Made by a program: the position numbers and the translations under genes. The notes under the pieces were generated by a model that saw only the letters and a list, made by a program, of their open reading frames with translations, was not told the DNA's origin and did not search any database. DNA of 64,000 bases from Epithemia pelagica (lineage: Eukaryota > Protista > Bacillariophyta): assembly GCA_946965045.2 (NCBI GenBank), contig OX337230.1, forward strand, positions 2,728,001-2,792,000, read 5' to 3'. Below are positions 1-10,126 of the stretch, piece by piece; within the stretch, counting starts at the first letter, position 1; each line of letters opens with the position of its first letter.

Positions 1-511
1 AAATAGTTGATGATAAAATATTGTGATTACATGAAGTGATTATCTAGATTGGATCCTTTCGTTCCCAAGTTCCCATTGAGGTGATCCTGGATCTTGGATC
101 CAGATGTAAAAGGCTTCTAGACGGAAAAGATTGCCGTCTAGGGTCATCGGCATAGGCCTATATCACCTAGAGGTGCATGTGTAAGTTAGATGTAATAGTT
201 CGCCGTAGACTATCCGTTGCAACTCTTTACGCGCGATTGATATGCCTCAATCCGTGATTAGCGCGATACGGTTAAGTCCAGCGAATCTTGGAGGATAGAA
301 ATATAACATAGCCTATGAGACATAGGACTAGTTTGATCGTGGAGTATACATAAATTAGGAGTGAATAGATCTTCGTGACTCAATCGTGCCTAATCTAGAT
401 TTGTACAAAAATCTAGGCTATATGCGATTGATCTGCCGCGTACTTTCCGCGACTCTTCATTACTATAGAACTACCTATTGGAGAATATAGCCAATATAGG
501 TGTTCTAGGTA

Positions 512-2394
512 TTAGAAACAACCGGTCTGCGCAAGAACCAAATCACTCTTTCGAGCACGAAGACTCTTCTTTTTAGTGTCTCGGCCACTGATAACAGTCT
601 TCCCAAAATGCGCACAAAGATGGGAAGCAACTATCTCTGCTTGTTGCCAGTTGATTCCAGATTGTGTGATCATGGCTTGGGTCTCTATGGCGTTCATTTT
701 ATGAGCCACAAACACACCAGGACACTTGGGTACAGCCGACTGGAAAGCCTTCGGGTACCGGGAAGCAATGAGACGAAGGAGATGCGTTGCTGCTACTTCT
801 TTGTTAGGCAGCTTTGCATATAGTTCTGGCTCACTGGTGTCGAAGACTTGCTCTTTGTCTAGCTCTTCGTCTGCTCCTTTCGTGCTTTCTACTGGCTCAA
901 ACTGTGACAGCAAATCATCAAGGAATGGGAATTCAAATTCATTGCATTGGAGACGGTGGTAATCTTTGGAGCGAGGGATGCGGATCAAACAAGCAGTGCT
1001 TCCATTTGTCAATGGAACTTGAAAGATCTTGTATTTGCCTTTCGTCTTCTTCTCAAAATTTGTGATATCTCGGAGAACACCTTGCATTGCCATCTTGTTG
1101 ATAGGATCTATTCCAAGTTTGTTCATTGTTGGCACAGAAATTTGTGGCTGCGGTGTAATGATAAGACTAGAACTGTCCACTTTGTTAGCGAGTCGTTCAT
1201 CGGCACGCCGTTGGAGCTCTTGACCAAGAGCAATCAATGTCGGCACAACCCCCTGCTCAAACTTTTTTGGATTACGCCAAAATGCTTTTCTGAGATGATT
1301 TGGCTTCATCCACCGTGGAAGGATTGATTTCTCCCATACTACTTGCTGAATCATCTCATGGTCTTCTAGTCGTTCATGGTATTCCAAAGTCTCTTTTTTG
1401 TTTCGGGGAATTTGGTCATCACAGAAGGTTATGGCACGTTTTGGCAGCTGATCCTTTTGTTGATTGCCATTGCTGACCAACTTTGATCTCTGCATGTTCA
1501 AAGCAGACAATAAGTGGTCTTGGAAAGCCTTAATTCCATTGATACGAAGAGGACGGGGACAATGATCAGGTTCGACATAAGGAGGCATTATGCTTTGATC
1601 TTCTATGCCCAATGCCAACCAAATAAACCATTTATTCTCTGTCTAAGAAATAGGGTCGTTGGGGCTTTTGCGATCCTTGAATTTCCTCTGGAAAAACCTG
1701 ATTTCAGTGTCCAAGAAGAGAGATTCCCAGGATCTGGCTTTCATCAGCTGTCCAGATTGTGCTTTCGTCATCAAACCAAGCTGAATGAACATTTCAATGC
1801 GCTGTTCTTCATCTAGACCACACAGATTGCCAATGCTCCAGCTATGAGAGGCAGGGAGATACAATCCATAGTGTTGTTGGTGAGTTTTTGACACATGATA
1901 CAACAGGAAGAGAAATTCTTGTTTCACAGCATCCGTCATGACAGACACCAATATCTCAACGGGAATGTCAGAAAGTCTGCATGACATTGGCCGGCACATT
2001 CTTCTACTGTTTGTACCACAGTGTCTCCATTGTGTAACCACGGTGGGGGCCTCGGAATGTGAGTGGGTATTGGCTGTTTCAATCCGTGGTCCGAAATTGT
2101 GCTCCTGAAGGTATCGCACAGCAACAGCAAAGCAATAGGATCCTTTGCTGTAAATTCTCGGCTAGAGTTTTTTTCTGAAAAGCGCTAGAGCATTGAAGTC
2201 AAGTATCATTCCTCTGTGGTCGCCACTTTCTTGCAATTTGAAAGGTTGCTTTGCAAACTTGTCCACAGTGATATATAAAAACCATACCAATTCAACCGGT
2301 TCAGAACAAGTTTTACACCAGGAAGTTTTCTTGGGAATGTAGGTGGTACATTCAGAAACCTACTCTTTACATAGTGTACAAGACTCTTTGACAT
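512..2394 (-). pseudogene. Decayed large ORF of unknown function, probably transposon-derived
   Basis: ORFs 2206-2394, 1936-2130, 1643-2119 and 512-1618 are collinear. 1643-2119 and 512-1618 are in frame across a single TAG (DPIS*TENKWFIWLALG). No motif identified with confidence. Confidence 0.45.
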
Positions 2395-2429
2395 CCTCGG
2401 AGTTAGGCAAATGTAGTTCTCCGCTCCAG

Positions 2430-2800
2430 TAGATATCGAGCAGGGGAATGTTGCCTATTGGGCTGCTCCGCCTCTGCCCAACATCTTCCATTCGCACAAT
2501 ATGTCACAGTTCTTGCAAATGGGGAGCGGCCAGACTCCATTTTGTGGGTTTTTTCTTGTTCCAAACACCACAAAACAAAACTATTCAACAAATTACAAGA
2601 CACCATATTTTTTCTCACCCAAGAACTCATCCCACGTGCCGAATGGACCCGCGTCCACTGTGATGTCCACCTCAAACCTACCAACCTCCTTCCCCACCAT
2701 CCGCACAACATCCGGCCAGCCGATATGGGCATTGCCGTTCAACCACCCCTCCCCGACAACAGGTTCCATTATGTCGCTATCCCTTGTCATCTGATAGGTC
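2430..2800 (+). mobile_element. C-terminal restriction-like endonuclease fragment of a CRE/Ambal-like non-LTR retrotransposon (degenerate)
   Basis: FSCSKHHKTKLFNKLQDT (decayed zinc-knuckle region) followed by PTNLLPHHPHNIRPADMG...HYVAI, matching the RPAD..xAxD RLE pattern. Confidence 0.6.
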
Positions 2801-3019
2801 GTCAGGGAAAGAATATTCTGCTACATCTGAGCTCTGTAGAAATGCAATTTTTGTTGTTGTCTTCTTTCCCAACAGTCCTTGTAGTTGGGTCATGTGAAAA
2901 GTGGCAAGAAACTTGTATGGGAGTACCACGATTTCAAGTCCCGCCGCAAATGTGGGAAGTGTCCATTGAGACTATTACCTCCACCACATTCCAATGAAAC
3001 ACAAACATTCTCAGATTTG

Positions 3020-3310
3020 CCATTGATTATTTAACGCACCATTTCTTGTGAATCGGCACTGCAAGCAGCACTCGTCGACCTTTCTGACGACATCCGTCCC
3101 CTCTTGCTCAATGGAGGACAATTCAGAATGCAGGTACCCGGCAGAGTCGACTTTGTTGCGCAAACAACCACAACACACAAGAAAACAACAAAAAAGAACA
3201 AACAGAAACTCAACCTCCAAGTTGAGCTTTGGTCATGTTAGACTTAACAAACATGTTCAACAACATGAGTCGGACCGAAGTACGAAACAAAGTAAATCTC
3301 GGAGAAACCC
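3020..3310 (+). mobile_element. Reverse transcriptase fragment (domains 2-3) of the CRE/Ambal-like family
   Basis: Homologous to 14760-15060: AALVDLSDDIRPLLLNGGQF..QVP and ALVMLDLTNMFNNMSRTEVR. Confidence 0.72.
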
Positions 3311-3320
3311 AAGCTCGGAC

Positions 3321-3388
3321 ATGCTTTGGTATCGGATATGCTTTGGTACTGGGTATGCTTTGGTATCGGATATGCTTTGGTATCGGAT
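3321..3388. repeat. 17-bp tandem repeat x4 (ATGCTTTGGTATCGGAT)
   Basis: Units start at 3321, 3338 (variant), 3355 and 3372. Confidence 0.95.
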
Positions 3389-3429
3389 GATCGTTGTAGG
3401 ATATTGCATTCTTACCTTCTTATGAGTGA

Positions 3430-4240
3430 AATCAGGTTCTATATTCAATGTAGAAGGCACTTCCCTTCGTGGTATGAGCCTTGATGTTTTTTATCGAGAC
3501 AGATGGACTACATATGCCCATGTCTCATTGGGAACTAAGCCTTTTTGGACAGCAACAACTTCCTGTTTTTCTGCTTGGCCACTGCTTTTGTTGAGGATCT
3601 TAGTAATGATCCTCCTAATCACAAAAAGACCAACAAATGCTGATTGGTGGAAGCATCTGGGTGGTCGAACAGCTTCATTGGACACTACTCGCTTGAGATG
3701 TTTGTTTGGAAGCACAGCTTCTGATAATATGCCTTCAGGGGGACCAGATGGGAGTGTACAGAATCTCCAGGGAATAACAACACAACAGGCAGACGGATCC
3801 GGCGAACATTCTCAAGCCCAAAGTAACACCAAAAACTCAGGTTCACCTATAAGCTCAGATTCACCCACCACCATACTTGCTGACTGCTCACACATCTTCT
3901 CTTATGCTCAACATGATAGTATTCCTCACAAATGAATTCTTCTGGACAACCGAGCCACAATACATTTATTCTCCACTTCATCACTTGTAACCAACATCCA
4001 TCCTAGTCCAAACCGAAGCATCTGAAAACTGCTGCGAGGGGATGTTGATTGGGGAGGATCCAGATGTGGAGGTAAGAATGTTGGTTTCATGCGGTTGAGG
4101 AACCGTTGCAGGAACCAGGGGGGGTCTGTCTGTGGGAGGCAGATGGAGGTGTCATCCATAATGGAAATTGTGTGGACTAATCCTCCCATTTCATCATGGT
4201 AGAGGTTGCCTTGTCATTTTCGTTGTCGGTTCCGACAAAC
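3430..4240 (-). mobile_element. Inverted RT C-terminal/thumb fragment of the CRE/Ambal-like family
   Basis: GGLVHTISIMDDTSICL (ORF 3926-4189) matches GHTASIMDDTSVV at ~15320-15360. Downstream frames are broken. Confidence 0.6.
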
Positions 4241-4269
4241 TGAGAACATGTCCAACTCTGCCTATCTTG

Positions 4270-4560
4270 AACAATGCCGAAGATAAGTAGAGATCTACGA
4301 ACATCTTGGTGGTGAACCAGGAGTCCAGACATTCCGTTACAAATCATACCTGGACACTCCCTCTGCTGCCTCAGAGGCTGATATCGAGGTCGCCAAGATT
4401 GCAGCCCAACAAATGGGCAAGAACAAGAAGTTCGAGGACGTGGAGCCAGTCAAGGTCGTGGCAGTAATCAAGGCCGTGGCAGTAATCAAGGCCGTGGAAG
4501 AGGAAATACTGGCCATGGGCGGGGCCTAGGCCGAGGAAACAATGCGGGCTCTGAATTGGA
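4270..4560 (+). pseudogene. Possible Copia gag remnant with an 18-bp repeat x3 (4451-4500) encoding SQGRGSNQGRGSNQGRG
   Basis: VEIYEHLGGEPG...DIEVAKIAAQ followed by an RG-rich repeat (CAAGGYCGTGGCAGTAAT). The repeat is certain; the gag call is tentative. Confidence 0.35.
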
Positions 4561-4967
4561 ATAGGCCCATACACAAGAGGCAGACCTAGATCAGACCAAT
4601 GATAATCATCTAGAAACCTCTGAGCACTATTTGTTTCCTTTGCAAGTGTCCTGAGTCATTTTCTCCCTTGGTTGAGGGTGTCACGGGTTGCTGAAATGAA
4701 AGGGGGGAGGAGGAATTACGATGCTGTCTGCAAAGTTGAGGGAGGTCAGCAAGGTACCGGGATAAATGGACACGCAGTTGACACGGGAGCAGGGCTAATA
4801 AGAAAATGATCCAGCAATTCCAATGTCTAGTGGAAGCTTGTGTAATACTCCTATTCCCAGTAGGAGTAGTAGGTTGTCCTACGACCCACGATGTCAGAGA
4901 AAAATCTTGGATTGGTGTTAGCTGTGGTAAGTGCTGTGTGGTGGTTACGGGTAGATCAGTCGTGGGC

Positions 4968-5205
4968 AGTCACTCAGTCCGTCTGACGACGTTCACCTCC
5001 TTTATGTATCTTGTGTCTGTATCGAGTGAAGAGGTGCCAACAGTTCCAGCTTGAAAAGACCATAGTTGGCAAAGGGACTGTCCAATTCGATCTAGGTGGT
5101 CACTCGGTCCGTCTGACAGATTGCTTTCATGTTCCTCAATTGGACGTTCACCTCCTTTATGTATGTTGTGTCTGCATCAAGCTGAGATGTGTCAACAGTT
5201 CCAAA
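4968..5205. repeat. Imperfect direct duplication of ~130 bp
   Basis: GTCACTCRGTCCGTCTGAC...GACGTTCACCTCCTTTATGTAT.TTGTGTCTG...CAACAGTTCCA occurs at ~4968 and ~5098. Confidence 0.8.
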
Positions 5206-5421
5206 ACTGTAATACTTCTCCTGTATATTCTCAAATGCTTTCTGCTTGGATGCTGAGCCACTGAAACCAACAACAGCATATGAAAGAAGTGCCCAGGGTT
5301 GATGAATTTGTGAACATGTATGTTTGCTGCCAGAGTTGTGTTCCGTTAATCTCTTAACAATGTTATTAGTCTCTCCAATATACATCACTGATGTGTCTTT
5401 TAGTGACACAATCATGTATAC
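5092..5421 (-). pseudogene. GIY-YIG (SLX1-like) endonuclease exon/fragment
   Basis: VYMIVSLKD...YIGETNNIVKRLTEHNSG...PWALLSYAVVGF...KAFE carries the Y..YIG, R, HN and E motifs. It is preceded by an AG acceptor and the 3' end is degenerate. Confidence 0.7.
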
Positions 5422-5444
5422 CTATTGAAATCAAGCAAAAATGT

Positions 5445-5850
5445 TCTCTAAAACTGTTTTGTGTAATTGGGTGTAGCTTAGGATGATACAAAAATGTTCT
5501 CTTAAATATTGTGGAAAAATAAAACATCAATGCTGCTGTTCATTCCTTTCTTCAATTTCTGCCAACTTAACTCTGATTGGAACTTGGGGCTTACTTAAAT
5601 GTTACTTTAGCAATATTTGATGCTTTATTGGACTAGTCTTTAATTCATGACGGGGTGTAGCTTAGGGGCTAACCAAATGATACAAAAGTGTTCATTAAGT
5701 GTTCATCAAAATGTTGTGGATAAACAGAACATGATGAACAGGCTAATTATGAGTCATTGTTGAATGCAATTGGATGTGGCTTGCTATCCAAATGATACAA
5801 AAAATGTTCTCTGAAGTGTTGTGCAAAAACACAACATCATGAAAACGCTT
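5445..5850. repeat. Degenerate AT-rich repeats, about 3 copies
   Basis: Core GTGTAGCTT...ATGATACAAAAATGTTCTCT.AA.TGTTGTG.AAAA..AACAT at ~5470, ~5655 and ~5775. Confidence 0.65.
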
Positions 5851-6843
5851 GTTTTGTACAATTGGGGCTCAATACACCAAAGGCTTCAGAAAAAAAGGCA
5901 TGAATCATACAAAACCTTTCTTGGATATTAGCTACTGACACATTATTCATGTCGGAGTTTGGGGAAATTGACGCTATGCACAATCAGGGTTTTAGGCAAT
6001 AGATTAGGGACGGCACAACAAGAAGTTAGATAGGTTTTGTAACGGGGAGGACTCCGTCCGCCATGAACAAGTAACACTAATGAAATTGTAGTTACACACT
6101 ATGAGTAATCACTAGGTAGATTAAAGATGCTACTTCTAGAGCTCCACTGCTGCCAAATCTGGCCCATACTCAATTCGAGCAATGTAGTCGTCGTCCCAAT
6201 TGGGATCGACGTAGTCAATATCAAAGAGAGGCTCCCCATGTTGGATAGAGAGCTGTGTAACAGTGGCAGCCACCCGGAATGCCTTCCCATGGTTCATCAA
6301 TCGTTGGCGCCACACTTGCTTCAAGGCCCCAAACTGCTTAAAACGCTTGTTGATTGTTTCGTGGCGGCGTCTGGAAATTGATTCCATTCGCTCGAATTCC
6401 TCAATGGCTGTCATACAGACAGCCGGGCAACGGACGTACTTTGGTGCTTCACCCCGATAACCGTCGTCAGCTTCGACTCTTTCACCATCCGTGAGAAGGT
6501 CCATGATCCCACTATTGCGGAAGACTGCAATGTCATTGTAGATTCCTGGTTCCCATGGGCCAGAGATCCAGACTACCGTAAATGTTACAGTGGTTGCACC
6601 ATCCGTTGAATCTTCCCCCAGTTTTTACTATATACCTTAACAGTAGCCCCCAGCGCATCGGTGGTTAATTTTTCAAATCTGTTAAAGAATTGTTTTGAAA
6701 TCTATTTGAAAGCACAATTCAATAAGTATTTCGAATTGAACAGTCTTGGGATTACCATTCAAAAGAGAATGTCCGGCGCTTTCCAAATCAGCGAGTACGA
6801 CGCTGCGTGAAAAGCAGTCTTTTGGTCCACCGCGCTGTGACTC

Positions 6844-7548
6844 ATGTCGGACTGGGTCAACTACATCAACGAGCAGATACGCATATACAACATTCCGGCA
6901 ACTCATGTGGCGAATTTTGACGAAACAAACCTCGACTTTGGTTTAGAGCCCAAGAAAACCCTGGACTATGTCGGTGTCCAAACGGTAAAGGCGACCTCTT
7001 CCGGATCGTCTCAGAGGTGCACTGCCATGTTGGGATGCACCTTGTCGGGGGAAAAGATCACGCCGTTTCTTATCTTTAAGGGGAAAAGGGGCGGCCGCAT
7101 TCACAAGAAAGAGTTACAAGAACCCACTGGATACGCAACAAACCTCGAGTATTCTGTCCAAATCAACGCGTGGATGGACGAGGAGAACATGCATGACTGG
7201 ATCACCACCGTTTGGGAGCCTTTCGTGAAGTTTTGCCGTGGGCCTACACTTTTGATTATGGATGCTTTCAAGGCCCATCTCGTGGCATCGGTTGAAAAAA
7301 GGTTGGCAGAAATGGGGACTCTGGTTGAAATTATCCCTGGAGGCTATACCAGCAAGTTGCAAGTGATGGACGTGGGACTGAATCGTCTATTCAAGAAACT
7401 CTTCAATGAATCAGGTGACGAACATATTCAGAGATCTGTTGAGTATCAGATTCCGGGAGCGAAAGTATCAATTCGTCGCCAGGACATTTCTGGCTGGGTG
7501 AAGCACGCTTGGTACGAACTTCGTAAGGACACGATCGAAAAGACTTGA
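6844..7548 (+). CDS. pogo DDE_1 transposase catalytic domain (DD35D), N-terminal HTH missing
   Basis: ANFDETN, TAMLGCTLSGEK..PFLIFKG, NAWMD, LLIMDAFKAH and LQVMDVGLNRLFK; 35 residues between the 2nd and 3rd Asp. Confidence 0.88.
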   Translation: MSDWVNYINEQIRIYNIPATHVANFDETNLDFGLEPKKTLDYVGVQTVKATSSGSSQRCTAMLGCTLSGEKITPFLIFKGKRGGRIHKKELQEPTGYATNLEYSVQINAWMDEENMHDWITTVWEPFVKFCRGPTLLIMDAFKAHLVASVEKRLAEMGTLVEIIPGGYTSKLQVMDVGLNRLFKKLFNESGDEHIQRSVEYQIPGAKVSIRRQDISGWVKHAWYELRKDTIEKT

Positions 7549-7712
7549 CATGTCGGAATCCGTGACGAATCGGAGAAAGGTAAGGAAATGAGGGCTGCTC
7601 TAATGGGAGATTAACACGGGAATCTACAATATGACAGTGAAGAATGGACGAGTTTGAAAGTGGTAAATGCATTCACTTTAGGAAGATCTTTGTTAATTAC
7701 AATCATCTTTAT

Positions 7713-8258
7713 CTACTCTAGACGAGGAACTTCGCGGATAAAGATACAGCCGCAAACTCCGAGTTTCTTTTCGTCTTTGAGCTTTTTTGCTGTGTTGTCC
7801 GACTCTGCATACAAGTCAGTGACCTGCAGATGCTCCTCCACGTTCCGGAGGACCATTGGCTCATTGAAGAGGAACCATGGAACGAAACCGACTGTACAAC
7901 GTTCGACGCCATCTTTGACAAGAACACATGAGAGGGCCTCTTCGGTGCGGTCTTCAGAAATGTCGACGACGACTCGTTTAATCCGGAGAATATCACCAGC
8001 CTTCACTTGAGAGCCACAGACAGCATGGAATGGGCATGATCGACCATTCAAACACGACCGCAAGCCATAGATCTCGATGTCGCACCTGGGCTCGTCTGGT
8101 TCTTCTTCGTCTTCAAACACTACAACGGCATCGCTAGTGTTCCGAGAGGGTGAGTCAAGCGCTCCATCTGGGTCATTGGGGTTTGTTGTTGAATCTTCGT
8201 CTCCAACATCGACGAGGAGGAGGGACTCTGAACGGTTGTCATCATCTGAGTCATTCAT
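7713..8258 (-). CDS. Convergent second ORF of the pogo element, HIRAN-like domain
   Basis: Acidic N-terminus, then IEIYGL...GRSCPFHAVCGSQVKAGDILRIKR...EEALSCVLVKDGVERCTVGFVP. Intact 181-aa ORF inside the TIRs. The fold call is by pattern only. Confidence 0.6.
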   Translation of the reverse strand: MNDSDDDNRSESLLLVDVGDEDSTTNPNDPDGALDSPSRNTSDAVVVFEDEEEPDEPRCDIEIYGLRSCLNGRSCPFHAVCGSQVKAGDILRIKRVVVDISEDRTEEALSCVLVKDGVERCTVGFVPWFLFNEPMVLRNVEEHLQVTDLYAESDNTAKKLKDEKKLGVCGCIFIREVPRLE

Positions 8259-9023
8259 GGTTCTTACTTTAATGGGTAAGGAATGGGAACGAAAAAACTA
8301 CGATCAGCATTGGAGGGAGTGGGGCGCTGTTGGAGGGAGAGGCCGGCTTATTTTAGGGTGGGCTGGCTCATTCTACGGGTAAATCATGCATTTTTGCACC
8401 AATACGATGGTGCAACCACTGTAACATTTACGGTAGGTCACCTGTGCGAATGCACGTTGCAACCTCATATCGTAGACCGGAATGATTGTACTTGTAGGAG
8501 TAGAATTTCCGTCCACTATGACGAATGAGAAAGTCTGTCCCATCCACATTCGTAAGGCAATCATTGCCAACATCGTCACGAAACCTATTATCAAAATCAA
8601 TCTGCCACAGAGAGAATACAAAGGGTAAGATCAATAGAAAATACATACGACGTGAATGCATTCGACTTACCACTATATCTGTTAAATAGGAGACAGCTGT
8701 CATGAACAGCCGAATCCATTTTCGAACTGTTTTGCGGTCTGATGTACCGAGAGACAGAAGATGTTGGCAGTGTCTGCAAAATCGTGGGTGGTGAGAAAGA
8801 ATCATGATTGGAGGTAGAAACATTCTCACGGAAGAAGCAAGCCGATGCTCCCACATGGCTGATTGATGCATTTTTCTGTGGGAAATGGAGACCGTTGGTG
8901 GTTCCATCGGAGTTCGGAATTCGGAAGACAAGCGACAAAATGTGAGACCGACGAAGAAATTTTCGAAGTAGGCTTTCAATAGCCCCGGCACGCGGGGCTG
9001 TTTAAGAATGTTCTGGAAAAGTT

Positions 9024-9207
9024 AAGCCCAATCTAATCGGGTTGAGCCTGATTAGATCGGGTTCAACCCGATTAGATCGGGTTGACACCGTGTAAAATCC
9101 CATAGTAATCATCATTAGATCGGGTTCAACCCGATTAGATCGGGTTCAACCTGATTAGATCGGGTCCATCCCGATTAGATCGGGTTCAACCCGATTAGAT
9201 CGGGTTA
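9024..9207. repeat. Array of 20-bp self-complementary units (CAACCCGATTAGATCGGGTT) x~8
   Basis: 3 units, a ~25-bp gap, then 5 units. Each unit contains AACCCGAT-TAG-ATCGGGTT, and the first unit is inverted (CTA loop). Confidence 0.92.
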
Positions 9208-9511
9208 ATCGAGATAAACCCACTACAATGGCCCTGAGTCGCATTTCAGAAATGATGAAACAAAGTACCACACACAGATGACTGGTTCGCTTCCTCGTTC
9301 CCTTGTCGTCAAAAAATAACGTCTTACGGAAATCGTTTTGATAATTAAAAGCGGGTTATTGCTGTCTTAGCGGCACTCATTTCGGTCACAGGCGCGCCAA
9401 CTCCTTGAAGATTTGAAACCTATCATGTGCAAAAGAGAACATCTTTTTTCTCGCAGATCGTCCGTCTAATAATTTCTTCATGGTTCGGCAAAACCGTAAG
9501 TAGTGCCAACA

Positions 9512-10126
9512 ATGGAGAATTCTGCTCCTGTCGGAAAGCGTCGTCGATGGGGCCTCGATGATGAACTCGAAGCTTCTGCGCCTCTTACGGATGAAGAGTG
9601 GAGGCGTCAATCCTCTTTTTCGAGACGCACCTGACATTGAGGCTGTTCGGGTGGCTCGTTGGCCTGACATACAAGTCAAGACCTTTGCGAATCGTTTTCG
9701 AGAAAAGGCACACGATTTCTGTGTCAGCCGATCTCAAGATGGGCATCGTGTGCGTAAGTGATTGATTGTTATGTTACCACAGACTTCTCATTCTCTCTTC
9801 TCATCGTTGTTTCTTGACAGGTTCTAAAGAAAACTTCGTTGGCAACATTACGCGACATTACCAAAGCCATGGAAGACAAGAAGCGCATTTGGTCGGATCC
9901 CATGCATATTCCTCTTCCGTTTGAGTGCAAAGAGCAGGTGGTGCAGTGGGATGTCATTTTCTTTACTCCTGTTAACATTGACGAGCTCACGGACGAGGTT
10001 GGAGGGCAACAATTCGATGCCATTGTACACGTAGAACTGCGCAGCACCTACGTGAATGTAGACAACGAACAAGTCGCCACCAATTGCGTTGTCATGTTGG
10101 ATGAAGACAACGACATGGATGTCTGA
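9512..10126 (+). pseudogene. Harbinger accessory (putative Myb/SANT-like DNA-binding) gene with one frameshift
   Basis: ATG at 9512, KRRRWGLDD(+1 shift)SKLLRLL...WPDI..KTFANRFREKA, intron 9750-9820 (GTGCGT..GACAG), exon 2 ending MLDEDNDMDV*. Divergent from the transposase. Confidence 0.5.

Larger units (their letters stand above)
6576..8433 (+). mobile_element. pogo-family (Tc1/mariner) DNA transposon, 1858 bp
   Basis: Perfect 28-bp TIRs CCGTAAATGTTACAGTGGTTGCACCATC (6576-6603 / 8406-8433) and TA target duplication (6574-6575, 8434-8435). Removing it restores the host transposase frame. Confidence 0.95.
6136..8990 (-). pseudogene. Harbinger/IS5-like (DDE_Tnp_4) transposase split by the pogo insertion
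   Basis: 5' part 8434-~8990 (KTVRKWI, intron 8602-8670, CLTNVDGTDF, KYNHSGLRYEVATCIRTGDL) joins in frame at the TA to the 3' part 6136-6575 (VWISGPWEPGIYND, ERVEADDGYRGE, RRRHETINKRFKQF). Confidence 0.85.

Noticed and set aside
9024-9207. CRISPR array
   Set aside because: Repeats are contiguous without unique spacers, there are no cas genes, and the context is eukaryotic.
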